Shown here in pieces: positions 37,399 to 49,300 of a stretch of DNA of 64,000 bases. Location of the stretch: the NCBI GenBank assembly GCA_001643675.2, contig LSRY02000045.1, positions 682,001 through 746,000 of the forward strand, in the 5' to 3' direction. Numbering within the stretch: the first letter of the stretch is position 1; each line of letters opens with the position of its first letter. The position numbers were made by a program, and so were the translations under genes. The notes beneath the pieces were generated by a model, which was not told the origin of the DNA, did not search any database, and worked only from the letters and a program-made list of their open reading frames with translations. The stretch comes from Monocercomonoides exilis PA203. Lineage: Eukaryota > Protista > Preaxostyla.

Positions 37399-39406
37399 GG
37401 GTTATAATTTTATCTCGACCTTTTTTTTTTTATCTTGACCTTTTTTTTTAATTAATCATTAACTTTTCCCACAATTTCATATTTTTTAAGATTTTTAAGT
37501 ATATATATGAATTCAATAGATAAAAATAAATACATTTTGAAACAAACCCAATTTCGCATGGGGGGGGAGATGGGGGGGTTTAGCCCCTTCATTGAACTTC
37601 TGTGTGGAATTGGAGGGTTACATGGGGCATAAAACCTTTAGTTTGTTTAAAATGTTATTTTTCGATTTTTTTTCATTTCATTTCAATTAAAAAAATAAAA
37701 AATTATTATGATCTTAAAAATATTATTAAAAAAATGAAAATATCAACAGAAATAAAATTAAAAGAAGGTAAGAAAAAACTGCAGCGGGCAATGTCTTCGC
37801 GTAAGTACAGGAAGTATCACAGTCGGCTGGAGCGAATGGCTCATATCGTTGTTGATGGAGTTGTTCGTATAACTGATGCTATCAATTCTAAGGAATTCAG
37901 TCGCACTGGAATAAAAAATGCAGTTAGAGCGCTGAGAAAAGGAAGGCTGGTTGGAAAAATTGGCAGACCTGCAGCAGTTGTTGGCGAAAAGGAACAAAGA
38001 GTTTTGGATATTATTCACATTGAAGCAAAGTCTGGAACATGTTTAACTTTGAAAAAAACAAGAGAATTGGTTTGTTAAATTTTTATTTATATGTTTTAAT
38101 CATTTGTTTTTCAGATAGAAAATGTAATAAACGACAACGATGATGAAGACTCACCATTTACAGAAATTTCAATGTCTGCAACTTACGGCTTTGTCAAGCG
38201 TCATCCGGAGCTGAAAACTGGAACGCCGAAGAATCTGGACATTAACAGACTGGCTGTTTCGTGCAGAAGTGTTTTAAAACCCTGGTATAAAACACTCGAC
38301 GAGCTGCACGAAAAATACAATTACAATCCAGCTTTAATTATAAACATTGACGAATCTTCAACGCGCGTTCCCACAGACTCCAAACAGCTTGTAGTGCATA
38401 CAGCAGATACAAAAGCAGGTTTTACGAAAGAACCACCGAGGATGATCAATTCTACATTCGTAGCAGCTGTTGCAGCTGACGGATATGCCTTTCCTTCAGT
38501 CATTTTGTGGCCAAGTGCAAAGCTGCCAGAAGAGCTGAAATGCCTATTATCCCCAACGTTGGAAATTTGGGCAAATGGAAGCGGCTGGATGGATAATGAG
38601 TGCTTTAAAAGGTATGCTCTCACCATTCTTCTGCCTTCCATCATCGAAAGAAGAAAGCGCATGTCACTTGAAAACGAACACATTCTTCTCCTTCTTGACT
38701 CGCATGCATCTCGCGCAGATCCATCGATCTGGCGAGAATTCCAAAAACAACAAGTCGATGTTTTAACCTTCGTGCCACACAGCACACACCTCTGTCAACC
38801 ACTGGACAGAGGAGTGTTTGCTGTGTTTAAATCTGAACTGACAAACAGATTTGAGGCTCCCTCTTCTTCTTCATCTTCCTCCAAACGAGCTGCAATTTCC
38901 GACGTTCTGCCTCAAGCTATCCACACTGCATTATCACCTTCTGTAATTCAGAAAGCTTTTGTCTGCAGCGGTGTTCTGCACAATACTTCTGGGCCAGTTC
39001 TTTTGAAACTGCCCGAATCATCTATTTATCCTCTTCCATCCCGAAGAAATAGATTCAACTTTTATGGAAAAGTGATAACCGACGAAAATCTTTTAGAGAA
39101 ATGGGAAAATCATTTGAAAATGAATATTGAAAGGAAAAATGAAATGGATGAAAAGGAGAAAGATGAAGTGAAGACTGTTGTGGATGAAAAGAAAAAAATA
39201 AAAAGAAGATTTCTTCATGTGAAAAACGATGATTCTGATGAAGAAAAGAAAGATAATGCATTAAATCGAGCTGAAGGAAAAAGGAAAGTTATCAGAAGAA
39301 TTAATTCTGATTTTGTTTTCTTTTAATTATGTTGTTTTTTGAATTTTTTTCACTTCATTTTTTTGGGTCAGAATAAAGAAAAAGGGTCAAGATAAAATAA
39401 TAACCC
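37399..39406 (+). mobile_element. pogo/Fot1-like Tc1-mariner transposon, 2008 bp, TA TSD
   Basis: Left TA|GGGTTATAATTTTATCTCGACC. Right GGTCAAGATAAAATAATAACCC|TA (20/22 match as an inverted repeat). An inner repeat of the TGACC motif occurs at both ends. Confidence 0.93.
37734..39326 (+). CDS. DD35D transposase (DDE_1 family), ~515 aa, one intron (38070-38114)
   Basis: Exon 37734-38069 (includes GRP motif) splices in frame (GT..AG) to 38115-39326. Catalytic motifs NIDES, LLLDSH and QPLD, with 35 residues between the 2nd and 3rd Asp. No internal stops. Confidence 0.92.
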
Positions 39407-40122
39407 TATGTTGAAGAGTAATTTCATTCGTATTTCATCGCACATTTCAAAAAAAAATAATATGAAATGAACAAAATATTCATCAAATCTTTGTTTTTCT
39501 GAAAAAAAATTATACAAAAAGAGTTTCCAATTAACAAGAACAGTGAATATCTGTTATTTTTTATGACTTTCTCTTCATTTACTTATTTTCTTCATTATTA
39601 TGCGAGTGAATGTTTGACAAATGATGATGCGATAGACAAAAAGTTTGGTACAAAACACTTGTTTTTTTATGATAAAATTTCGCTCCATTTGTTTAATTTG
39701 TAAATGAAATTAGAATATATTGTTATTGTCAAATTTCTGTTCACACCCACAAAACTAAACTCGAATTAATGCAATAGCATTGTCAAGTTTTAACTCTAAT
39801 AAAAGTGAAGTTTTATGAGTGCGAACGGAAATTTGAAAAAACTTGTAATTTTTATTTTGTTTAGAAAAAACAAAAGGAATTTTTGAAAAAAAATGCCAAC
39901 AATAAAATAATTATAAATAGACTTTGTTAAGTTTGATAACTCCCATATTTTACCCAATTACTAATTTAAAATCTAACGAAATCATAAACAATGAAAAATT
40001 CATTCAAATTATTACTTAAATTAATAAAAAGCAAAAGAATTCAACATAACAACAAGCAATCAAGATAAATGAAAAATAAAAATGAATTGAAATGCATAAT
40101 AATAAGATTTTTTAACTCAATT

Positions 40123-41633
40123 TCAATGAGTCTTCTGCTTTGCCATTAGAAGATCGACTTTTTTCACTCCCTGTGTCTAATAAATTTTCAATAAATAAAA
40201 AAATTTTTTATTTGTACATAAAGGTTTTTAACAACTGAAGGGGGACATACTTCCCAAGTTGAATTCAATGCAATCAGAACAATGAGCACTACATATAGAA
40301 ATACAATCGCTATAACCAATCCAGCGAAAGCGACCGTTTGCAAATAAGACATCATTCCATTTAGAATGTTGTTAGCCACTCTGTCAACAATATCGACAAC
40401 TGAGCAGGGTCCTTTCGAAGGCGCATCAGCAATTGTTGCACCGTAGCCGTAGCATGTAGCTTCAAAGTATTCGTCCATTGTCTTGTGGCACTGATCAGCA
40501 ACTAGAATGAAATATGATATTCAAACATATATATATTTATAGCAAAGTTCACAAAAATTCATTTGAACATTATTTTACGTTAAAAATAAAGGCAAATATT
40601 AATTCGATATGAATGGCATTCAAATACACAAAAAAACAGAACAAACCTCCAATGTTTTCTTTACTAAGGCATGCATCACTGATTGAGTCGACCAAGCTTT
40701 GCCAAAACATTGCTGGGAAAAACAAAATAACAACACCAAATACAGCAAATACTCCAAGAACAATAATTAGTATCAAAGCATAGAGATGGAGGCCGATATT
40801 ACATTTTCGGGGCATCATTCCGCACACACAACCAGAACTCCCAAGAACTATTATAACGATTCCAACTCCAAGTAAAATCCACCCAAAGAATGAAAAATCT
40901 CCCCCAATGTTTAAAAAATCTTTAAATATGATTGACATAACAAGAATAGCAACACCAGCTGCAAGAATGAACAAAGAACCAAAAGACAAATTAACTTTCA
41001 CAAAAAGCTCATAACCAATTATATATGCGCATAAAATTAAACACAATAGCAAAACAATTGATAAAAGAACAATCATCACAGTGACAACAACAGGATTACC
41101 GGTAAAAACATTCAAAACTTCTGCAACTCCACCAACATTTATTAACCATGCTGCTAGGCTATTTGCTAACTCTTGACCAAAAGTTGATATTGTTTGCTTT
41201 ACAAAGTTATCGGAATAAAAGAAAAACATTGAGATGATGAAAATTGCAATCAGTAAAATGAACAAGATGAAATAATATATCACTAAGCATGAGAGATGCG
41301 CCTCTTTACCTTTTGGCCCAAAACTTTATAAAAAAATAGTTATTTTACTTCAAATAATGAAATATGATAATTACCGTGAGCCAATGCAACCAAGAATTGG
41401 TAGGATTATCAAAATTACAGAAATAATAGCAAAAACTGTAATTAATACAGATGCTGCTATTTTAGAGGATACAATGTACATAAAAAGCACGAAAAGTGCA
41501 ACACCAACTAAAAAAAGGATAGTGTTGCTAACGATGAATAAAACTTGCGCTATTGGTTTTGGATGAGCACCTGTTAAAAATGCATGTATTCCACTTTAAC
41601 AATTGATAATTATCACAAACCGTGGCCAGCCAT
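40123..41633 (-). CDS. 8-TM protein made of two tandem tetraspanin-like units, 4 introns
   Basis: Spliced reading MAGHGAHPKPIAQVLFIVSNTILFLVGVAL..ILGCIGSR..LSCLVIYYFIL..TM4, then a second unit ..AAGVAIL..VLGSSGCVCG..LHLYALIL..Cys-containing loop..TM8..WETQGVKKVDLLMAKQKTH*. The TM1 Asn, GCxG and LxxY signatures recur in both units. Confidence 0.7.
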
Positions 41634-41711
41634 CAATTAAAGAAAGAAATCAGATCTAACCCTTATCTTTTCGTTTTCCTCTTTTTTTTTGTAACCTTTT
41701 TTAATCTGCGC
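41634..41711. promoter_or_regulatory. 78-bp bidirectional promoter region between the tetraspanin-like gene and RRP46
   Basis: Divergent ATGs at 41633(-) and 41712(+). T-rich, contains CTAACCCT at 41656-41663. Confidence 0.55.
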
Positions 41712-42792
41712 ATGATAGAGCAAGTTAAGCCTCAAAGATTTTCGTCAAACATAGGGATGCTTTCAAGGGCGATAGGCTCCGTTCGGTACCAGCAGGGTGT
41801 GAATGCTTGAAAGAAAAGAATATATTTAAGATTGTTTTTCAACAGGTGAAAGCGAAGTGATTGTTTCCGTTAATGGCCCATCTCTTGCACCACCAAAAAA
41901 GCATTTGTATGATAGAGCGTTTATAGAACTATTTATATTTGAGAAGGATGAGCGAGTGGATACGTATTTTGATGCACGACCTTCTGTCGGATATAAAGTT
42001 GCAGAAAAACGCATTCTTTGTTTGTTAAATAATTGCATACATGCAGTGCTCCTTCCGGGAACACTTATCACAATTTGCGTGCAAGTTGTTAATGATGATG
42101 GTTGCGTATGTTCTTTTCTATAAGCATTACACAATTTACAGAATTTTTAAAAAGATTTTATCAACTTCCATAAATGCAATAACTTTAGCACTAATTGATG
42201 CAGGAATTCCACTTTTATTTACTCCATGCGCTTCAACAGTTTCCGTTATTCCAACAAAAAAAAGATCAAGAGAAGGAACTCTTGTTGAGGCTTTGGCAAT
42301 TTGGCCAACAAAAAAAGATGAGAAGGTTTGAAGTATAGCATTCACGTTTTTGAATTAGCATTTTGCTTTTATTGCTCATTTTGCCTTTTTTGTCTAAAAC
42401 AAAAAAATTAAAACTTTGCCTCTCAGAATGCAATGATGACAGCAAATATGACATTTGCCAACAGCAACATGGAAGCAGTCGGGATGATGTGGATGGAAGG
42501 AGTTGAAGTCGGCAGCGAGGAAAAGCTGACTTCAATCATAAATCTTGCAAGGTGTGTTGCTTTTTCTAATTCAGTATTTATTGCTTTATTGCAATATGAA
42601 ATGAACTTATTTCAATGTTGTGAATGCTTTGTATTTGAATTTTTTTGTTTAAATTCTACAAAATTTAACAGAAGAGGAGCAAAGCAAGTACTTCAATTCA
42701 TAAGAACAGCAGTTGGACACAAATTTAATGTTTCTGAGTCTTCTTTGCAATCCTCGTCTTCTTCCATTGATTCAACCGATGTTGATACATAA
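41712..42792 (+). CDS. RRP46: exosome RNase PH-like subunit Rrp46 (EXOSC5), with introns
   Basis: GMLSRAIGSVRYQQG|ESEVIVSVNGP..., P-x-T-x-I-x-I-x-VQVVNDDG|..INAITLALIDAGIP are typical of Rrp46. GT-AG introns. Stop TAA at 42790-42792. Confidence 0.85.
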
Positions 42793-43360
42793 GAATCTTC
42801 ATTTACTTCATGTTCACTCACAAATTGCACATCTCCATCCAAGTAAAAGTTAGAAACGTCAAACAAACTTGATGGACATCCAACTTAATGATTTATAAAA
42901 TTAAAAAATTTTCAATTTTCTATGTGAACTATTTTGTTGTTTTTTTTTTTTTTTAGGCTTTCTTCTTTTTTTTACTTTCCATTTCACAATTCGCTTCGCA
43001 TTTCAGAAAAAATCCTCCAAATTGAAAAGCTAACATAGACACGAAAAAGTTGTCTGCGAAGAAAGAATGGCAACAATTGAAAAATAGAGAGAGAGAAAGA
43101 GAGAAAGGGAAAAGAATGAAATTTTCTTTTCAATTGTTCTTTGTATTTGAAGCGTGAGATGGGTGCAATGAGGAGCTGAAGAATTATTTTTTCGCGTTAT
43201 TTCAAAAAAATAAACGAAAATTGCTTCTTCAAAACTCAAATTCAACAAAATTCAAATTTAAAGACAAATAAATAAAAAAAAAGGAGAAGTGAAAAAATAA
43301 AAAGAATACAAAAGAAAAGATAAAAGACATAGAAATCTTTGTCATTCATTGATCCTTCCT

Positions 43361-46300
43361 TCAGTTCTTGCTTGTCTTCGTTTTGGTGTCAGGAATAAGA
43401 AAGTGCGGGAGCTGTTCTCTGTACAAGCGGAGAAACTCGACAAGCCGAATTTCCAGCTGCTTCGTTGCTTTGCGCGGCACTTGGCGCAGCAGATGGGCAA
43501 ACTGTGCAGGTGTAGCAGCAGCTGAGATGATCGGCTTTGGACGCTCGCCTTTGGGAGAAGAGGCCAATGGAGAGGAAGAGGAAGAAGAAGAAGAAGATGA
43601 TGATGATGATGATGAAGGAGAGGATGAAGGGGAGTTTTGAATTCCGACTGGCCTCTGAGGAGAGGAAGCAGGGCTGCGTGGAGAAGATGCAGTCAGCGGC
43701 ATCACAGGGACAACAGTAGCAGCAGCAAGTGCGCGGGAGATGGTGCCAAGTTCAGTCTTCTCCATCAGCTCTGTCTCCAACGCTGACAGAAACGCTGGGA
43801 AGCGGTCGTGGTAGAGTCCCGTTGCCCATGCTTCGCGGAAGAAGCTGATTGGATTAAGATTAAAAAAATAAGTAAGAAAAGAAAAGATAAGAAAAGAAAA
43901 GAAAAGAAAAGAAAAGAAAAGAAAAGAAAAGAAAAGAAAAGAAAAGAAAAGAAAAGAAAAGAAAAGAAAAGAAAAAGAAAAGAAAAGAAAAGAAAAAGAA
44001 AAAAAAAAGAAAAAAAAAGAAAAAGAAAAGAAAAAGAAAAGAAAAGAAAAGAAAAGAAAAGAAAAGAAAGAAAAGAAAGAAAAAGAAAAAGAAAAAGAAA
44101 AGAAAAGAAAAGAAAAGAAAAAGAAAAGAAAAGAAAAGAAAAGAAAAGAAAGAAAGAAAGAAAAGAAAAAGAAAAGAAAAAGAAAAAGAAAAAGAAAAAG
44201 AAAAAGAAAAAGAAAAAGAAAAAGAAAAAGAAAAAGAAAAAGAAAAAGAAAAAGAAAAAGAAAAAGAAAAATATTTTGAAGAAAAGTTAATAAATCATAT
44301 AGAAATTGATAGAATTGTTTGACATTTGAATGCGAATAAGATAAAACAGTTAAATAACAAACACGATAAATACAAAAACAATGAAGATGATAAAAACATA
44401 GGTAAAATAACAAACCTAATCAAATCAGGAATAGCGCCTTCATCGTATCTTGCACAGAGCTTATTTGCGATTGTCTGTGTGAGTCCAATGAGACTGGAAA
44501 GATTGGGTGTCTCGATGATTTCTCTGCCGATGTAGTTCAGACAGGCAATGCGCTGCAGATTGTCTATGCACACACTCACAAAATGGCCGTTGCGGTCAAC
44601 ACACAAATCCCTCTGAAGAATTTCATTTCACAGAAAAAGAAAAAAGAAAAAAGAAAGTTCAAAGTTAATAGTTAAAAATGAAAATTATGTTATGAAAATA
44701 AAAAAAAAATTATAAAATTTATAATATAAATAGATCAAAATAATCCTTTACAATGATTGAAAGCAAAAAATCATCAAAACATACCACATCACTTCTAATC
44801 TTCGCCATTGCCGAGGTCGATCTGTCTGGAATTCTGTTCTTTTCCCTCGCTGAGCTCAGAATCTCTGCCGCCTCCTTTGCCCTCTCCGCCTTCCTAACTT
44901 CTCTCTTCTTCGAGAACCCAGGCAATCTTGACCTGAAGAACACCAAATTCCCTGGCAGATAGCAGTATTCGCTCACTGGGCTCACAAAGCTTGCTGCTCG
45001 GGGCGCGCCCAGCTTCGCCTCTTCGACTGCCTCCTCGTCTTGCGACATGAACTGCGTCTGCTTCCCAATCACAATCCCCTTTGGCCGGATGACCTTCTTC
45101 TTCGCCAGCGCGTCTGCCCCGCTCGACGCAGACAGCGACGAATCCAACGCAGACTGGCTGATCCCGCTGATGCTTCCATTGCCTCCTCCTCCTCCTCCTC
45201 TGCTGCTTCCATTGCCCATGCTCCCTCCATATTCTCCGCCTTCCACCACATTCGTCAGGATCTGCTCTGTGTTGTGGCTCAAATACAACCCCACAAAGCT
45301 GCCACACTCTCTTCCATTGTATCTGTCCAGGCTGTGTGGGAAACGGCACTTGCGAGAGAACTTCGCAATGGGGCCTGCACCCAAAATGAGCGGGTCGTTC
45401 GTCGCCCACTTCTCATCTACGGTGAGCCTGCCGTCGTAAACAATCGAGTTCTCGTTCAGCGCATAGAACAGGTTCGTGTCCACGTCCCGTGCCGCACATG
45501 AAATAAACAGCGAGCACTCGATGTTCACCTGCGGAATCTCTGTTGGCTGTTCCTGCTGCTGCTGCCTCCGGAACAAGTCCATCGCGTGCTGAGGGCCAGA
45601 CGAAGGAGGCGGGGCAGGCGCGTGCGAAGAGCCGTCGTGATAGACACGCCGCGTGTTCCGCACACGTGGTGAGTATTGGAAGATGTCAATCTCTTCTTCT
45701 TCTGCGTCTGCTCCGTCTCTCCCGTCAAACCTCCTCTGTGCCACAGACACTGCCGGCGCACCTTCTTTGCCTTCCTCGTCCTTCGCGCCTTCTTCTCCTC
45801 CTCTTCCCAATGCCCCCATCCCTTGCCCCTCTTTCTTTTTCTTCTTCAGCGGAGTCGGTGGGCGGCAGATCTCATCAATGTCTGTTTCCTTTGGCACCTC
45901 AAACTGCACCCACTTCAGCTGAATACGCCTTGTCACTGGAACAGGTGGCAGATCCATCTGCTCCATCTGCATCTGCTGCTGCTGCTGTGCCACTTCCATC
46001 GCCCTCAAACCTGCTCCCATCCCTCCCATGCTGCCCAATGTCGATGTCAATCCACCAGATGTCAAGTCATTCCCTCCTCCTTCTCCTCCGTCTCTTCGGC
46101 TCGAAAGCAAACCATCCTCCATCTTTCCCATCTCTCCCATGTCGCCTCCATAGCCAGCTGTTCCGCTGAGCATCTTTTCTGCCATTTTCCGCTCGTCTTC
46201 TTCAGGATTCGCTATCTTTTCATACAAACGAGCGAGTTTACTGTATGAATTCTCCAGAGCAGCAATACGCTTTGCATTCTCTTCTTCCTCCTCTTCATTC

Positions 46301-49300
46301 ACAATCTCCCTTTCTGTTGCTCCTTCCTCTTCCTCTTCTTCCTCCTCCTCTTCTTCTTCCACCTCTTCATCTTCCCCAGCTTGCTCTCTTGCCTCCTTCC
46401 TCCTCCTCCTCTCCTCCTGCCTCGCCTTCTTCGCTGCATAATACGCCTCTCTCCTTTCCTCCAGCTTCTTCTCCGCCTGTGCCCTGATCATCCCAATCCT
46501 CTTCTTTATCCTGTTCTGCGCTGCCTCAATCGATTTTAACTTAACCTCCCTTTGCTTCTCAGCCGAAAGCGGAATGGAGTTTGCATACGGGTTGAACCGC
46601 GCTGCCCCCAACGACGAGCCCATCGAAGCATCGCCTCCACAAGCTGCTGCCCACGCCTTTTCAGATTCTGCCCCAACACCATCCAACAGAACACCATGTT
46701 GCTCTGCCAGAAGTGCAGCTGCTTTCGCCCTTCTTCTTTTCGCTCGTGCTCGAAGCATCGCGTCTTCGTCTTCTTCTTCACCACCTTCGTTTTCGACTTC
46801 TTCCATCTCGTCTTCGTCATAATCTCCCCATATGTCGTTCGCCATCTCTTCATCCAAGTTCTCCTCCTCTTCGTCTTCCTCCTCTTCCTCTTCTTGCTCC
46901 CCTCCTTCGCCTTCGCCTTCCCCTTTCTCCTTCTCTCCACCTGCTCCTGCCCCATCTCCTCCAATCCCGCTCCCATTCCCAGTTGCTGTGAAGTACTTCC
47001 TCAGCTCCCCATCCAGCGCATCTTCCACTTCTCCGTCTGGTCCAATGCCATCTTGCGACTTGTCTGCCTCTGCCTGTGCATCTCCTTCATTCTGCTCTCC
47101 ATCCACCTGCGCTGCCTTCTTCTTTACAAACTTCTTCCGCCACGACTTCTTCTTCGGCTTCGGAATCCGGAACTGCATGCGGTCGGTGCCATACTCCTCA
47201 AAATCGGCTGTGATTGGAATTTCGCCAAGCTCTGTGTGCGCACACGTGGCATTCCACCCTTCCACGATCTTCACGCCCGCCGCTGTCAGATAGTCTTCCA
47301 CACGACGCAGCGTCTCTTCCTCGTCGAATGGAGAAACTGGCTTCAAAACAACCCCATTCACTCCTGCTGCACCTGTCGTCACTCCATTTGCAGCTCCTGC
47401 TCCGCTCTGAGTTGCTCCTCCTGTCTGAAGCGTCGACAGCATCTGTGTGTTGAGTGGAGTGGAAGGCACACCCGATGCAGAAGAAGACGACGATGCACCC
47501 ACAGACAAAGTGGCTGATGGCCCATTGGAAGCACCCGATGAAAAGGGAGAAGACAAAACTTCGTGGTCTTCTTCTCCATCGAGTCTTCGCTCTGAGTCCA
47601 GTGCCTGGCTGCGTGGATCAGGTGCCGGTTTGATCAGCATAAGCCTCTTGCCAGGCACACCCGCAGCCAACAAGCCATGCAGCACTGCATATGCTCTGAG
47701 AGAAGAGCCGTAGACAACTCCCGTCTCGTCGTCATCGTCGATCCAGCGGGGCATCCCGGGCTGTGTGGGCGTGTTGATGAACTGGTGGATGCGGAAGGCG
47801 TCTGCCTCAGACGACAAAGTTACCGCCCCGTCCGCCACATCGACGTGGAAGTCGTTTTCTGCTTGTGGTTGAGGCAGGCGTTTAAGTGTCTGATCTTGCA
47901 GCCCCGTGGCAATAACGAGGATGTCATAGGGAACAGATGAGCCATCAGAGAGCAGGATTTCTCTCTTGTCTCTGTCAATGTTCAGCAGCACGCCGGGGAC
48001 AACAGACACAAAGCGCTCCAAACCCAACCCGGACAGAGTGTCTGCGGTGTATGCACATGAGGAGACAGTGTAAAGAGAAGGGGCGGGAGGGCGGTAAGGC
48101 GAAGGGAGGAGGAACAGCGAATGACGTGTGGTGGGTGTTGGAGAGAGGAAAGAAGGCGGGATGGATGTTGGAGGAGGGTAAGGGAGGGTATCGGGGATGA
48201 TGCTCTTTCTTTTGGAAAGGAGAGGAAGGAGAGAAGGATCAGGTGGGGTGATGTATGGAGGAGAGCGGACAATGACGCCTGGCTTGTTCGGCAGCAGCTG
48301 TCCGTTTTTCTCTTCTGCTTTTCCCTTTTCGCTTGTTCTCAATTCCTCTGCACTCTGACTGCTCTTCGGATCCTCTTTCTCTCTCTCCTCTTCTTCTTCT
48401 TTCGGATCCACTTTTGCCGACCACAACGGCGCCAAGGGGACAACTGCCTGCGAACCAGGGATCTTCGCCTTGATTGCCACAAGCGGCGGGACAGGTAGCG
48501 GATGGATCAGCCTGTGCGACGAAAGCGCTCGAGCCTCGTAAAAACGGCGGAGCTGCCACGCTCGCTGCTTCTTCTGAAGGAGGAGGTCGATGTACTCTTC
48601 TGTGTTCTGCTCAACATCTGGCGCGAACAGCGTGGCATCGTCTTGGCAGTCGTCTAATCCACTCCAGTCGATTCCGAATCCATCGTCTTCCATCTCATCC
48701 TCACTATCGCCTTCATTCTCTTCTTCTCCCTCTCTCTCCATTCTCTCTCCCCCGTATCCTTCCTCCCTCTCCCTCTCCCTGTTCTCTCTTCCTCCTTTCC
48801 CTTTCTTCTCTCTCAGCATCTCCTCGCTCCACTGCTTCTCCAGCCCAATCGCCATCTCTGTCGACAGCAGCTCCTTCGCCGGGTTCACATCAAGCGGTGT
48901 TTCTGCCTGGTTTCTGCCCATCTTCCCTTCCAGCCCCTTCTTCGCCCCTTCATACACACTCATCCCCTTCGGAAACGGCTCAGCAAACGGATGATGATGG
49001 AAAGGAGGGGAAGGCACAATCGAAGAGTCCATTGTGGGTAGCCCGTGAGGAGAGACAAGAGTCAAAGAAGAGAAGAATTTTGTAGAGCAGAAAGACAGCT
49101 GCTCTAATACACCCAGCCCTGTGTCTGATGCGCCGACCACGACAATCCTGCCGTTCACCATCGCCCTCCTCTCCAAGCAGCTTCCTCTCCTCATCACACT
49201 CAGCGCGAATCTCGGCTCGCTCCAGCGTGTCGGTGGGAGTGCAGAATGAGCTGGAGGAGGAGGACGAATGTGCTTTGTGGTGGGGTCACCAACAGGGCCC

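Noticed and set aside
37320-37408. AGGGTTATAAT occurring twice 77 bp apart, as a duplicated pogo TIR or telomeric seed
   Set aside because: The first copy is explained by the hAT right end plus its TSD and lacks the rest of the pogo TIR. There is no tandem TTAGGG array.
43808-44290. 160-aa K/R-rich ORF and the poly-F part of 43361-44413
   Set aside because: Intronic AAAAG satellite. Only the last ~160 codons of the minus ORF belong to CFAP61.
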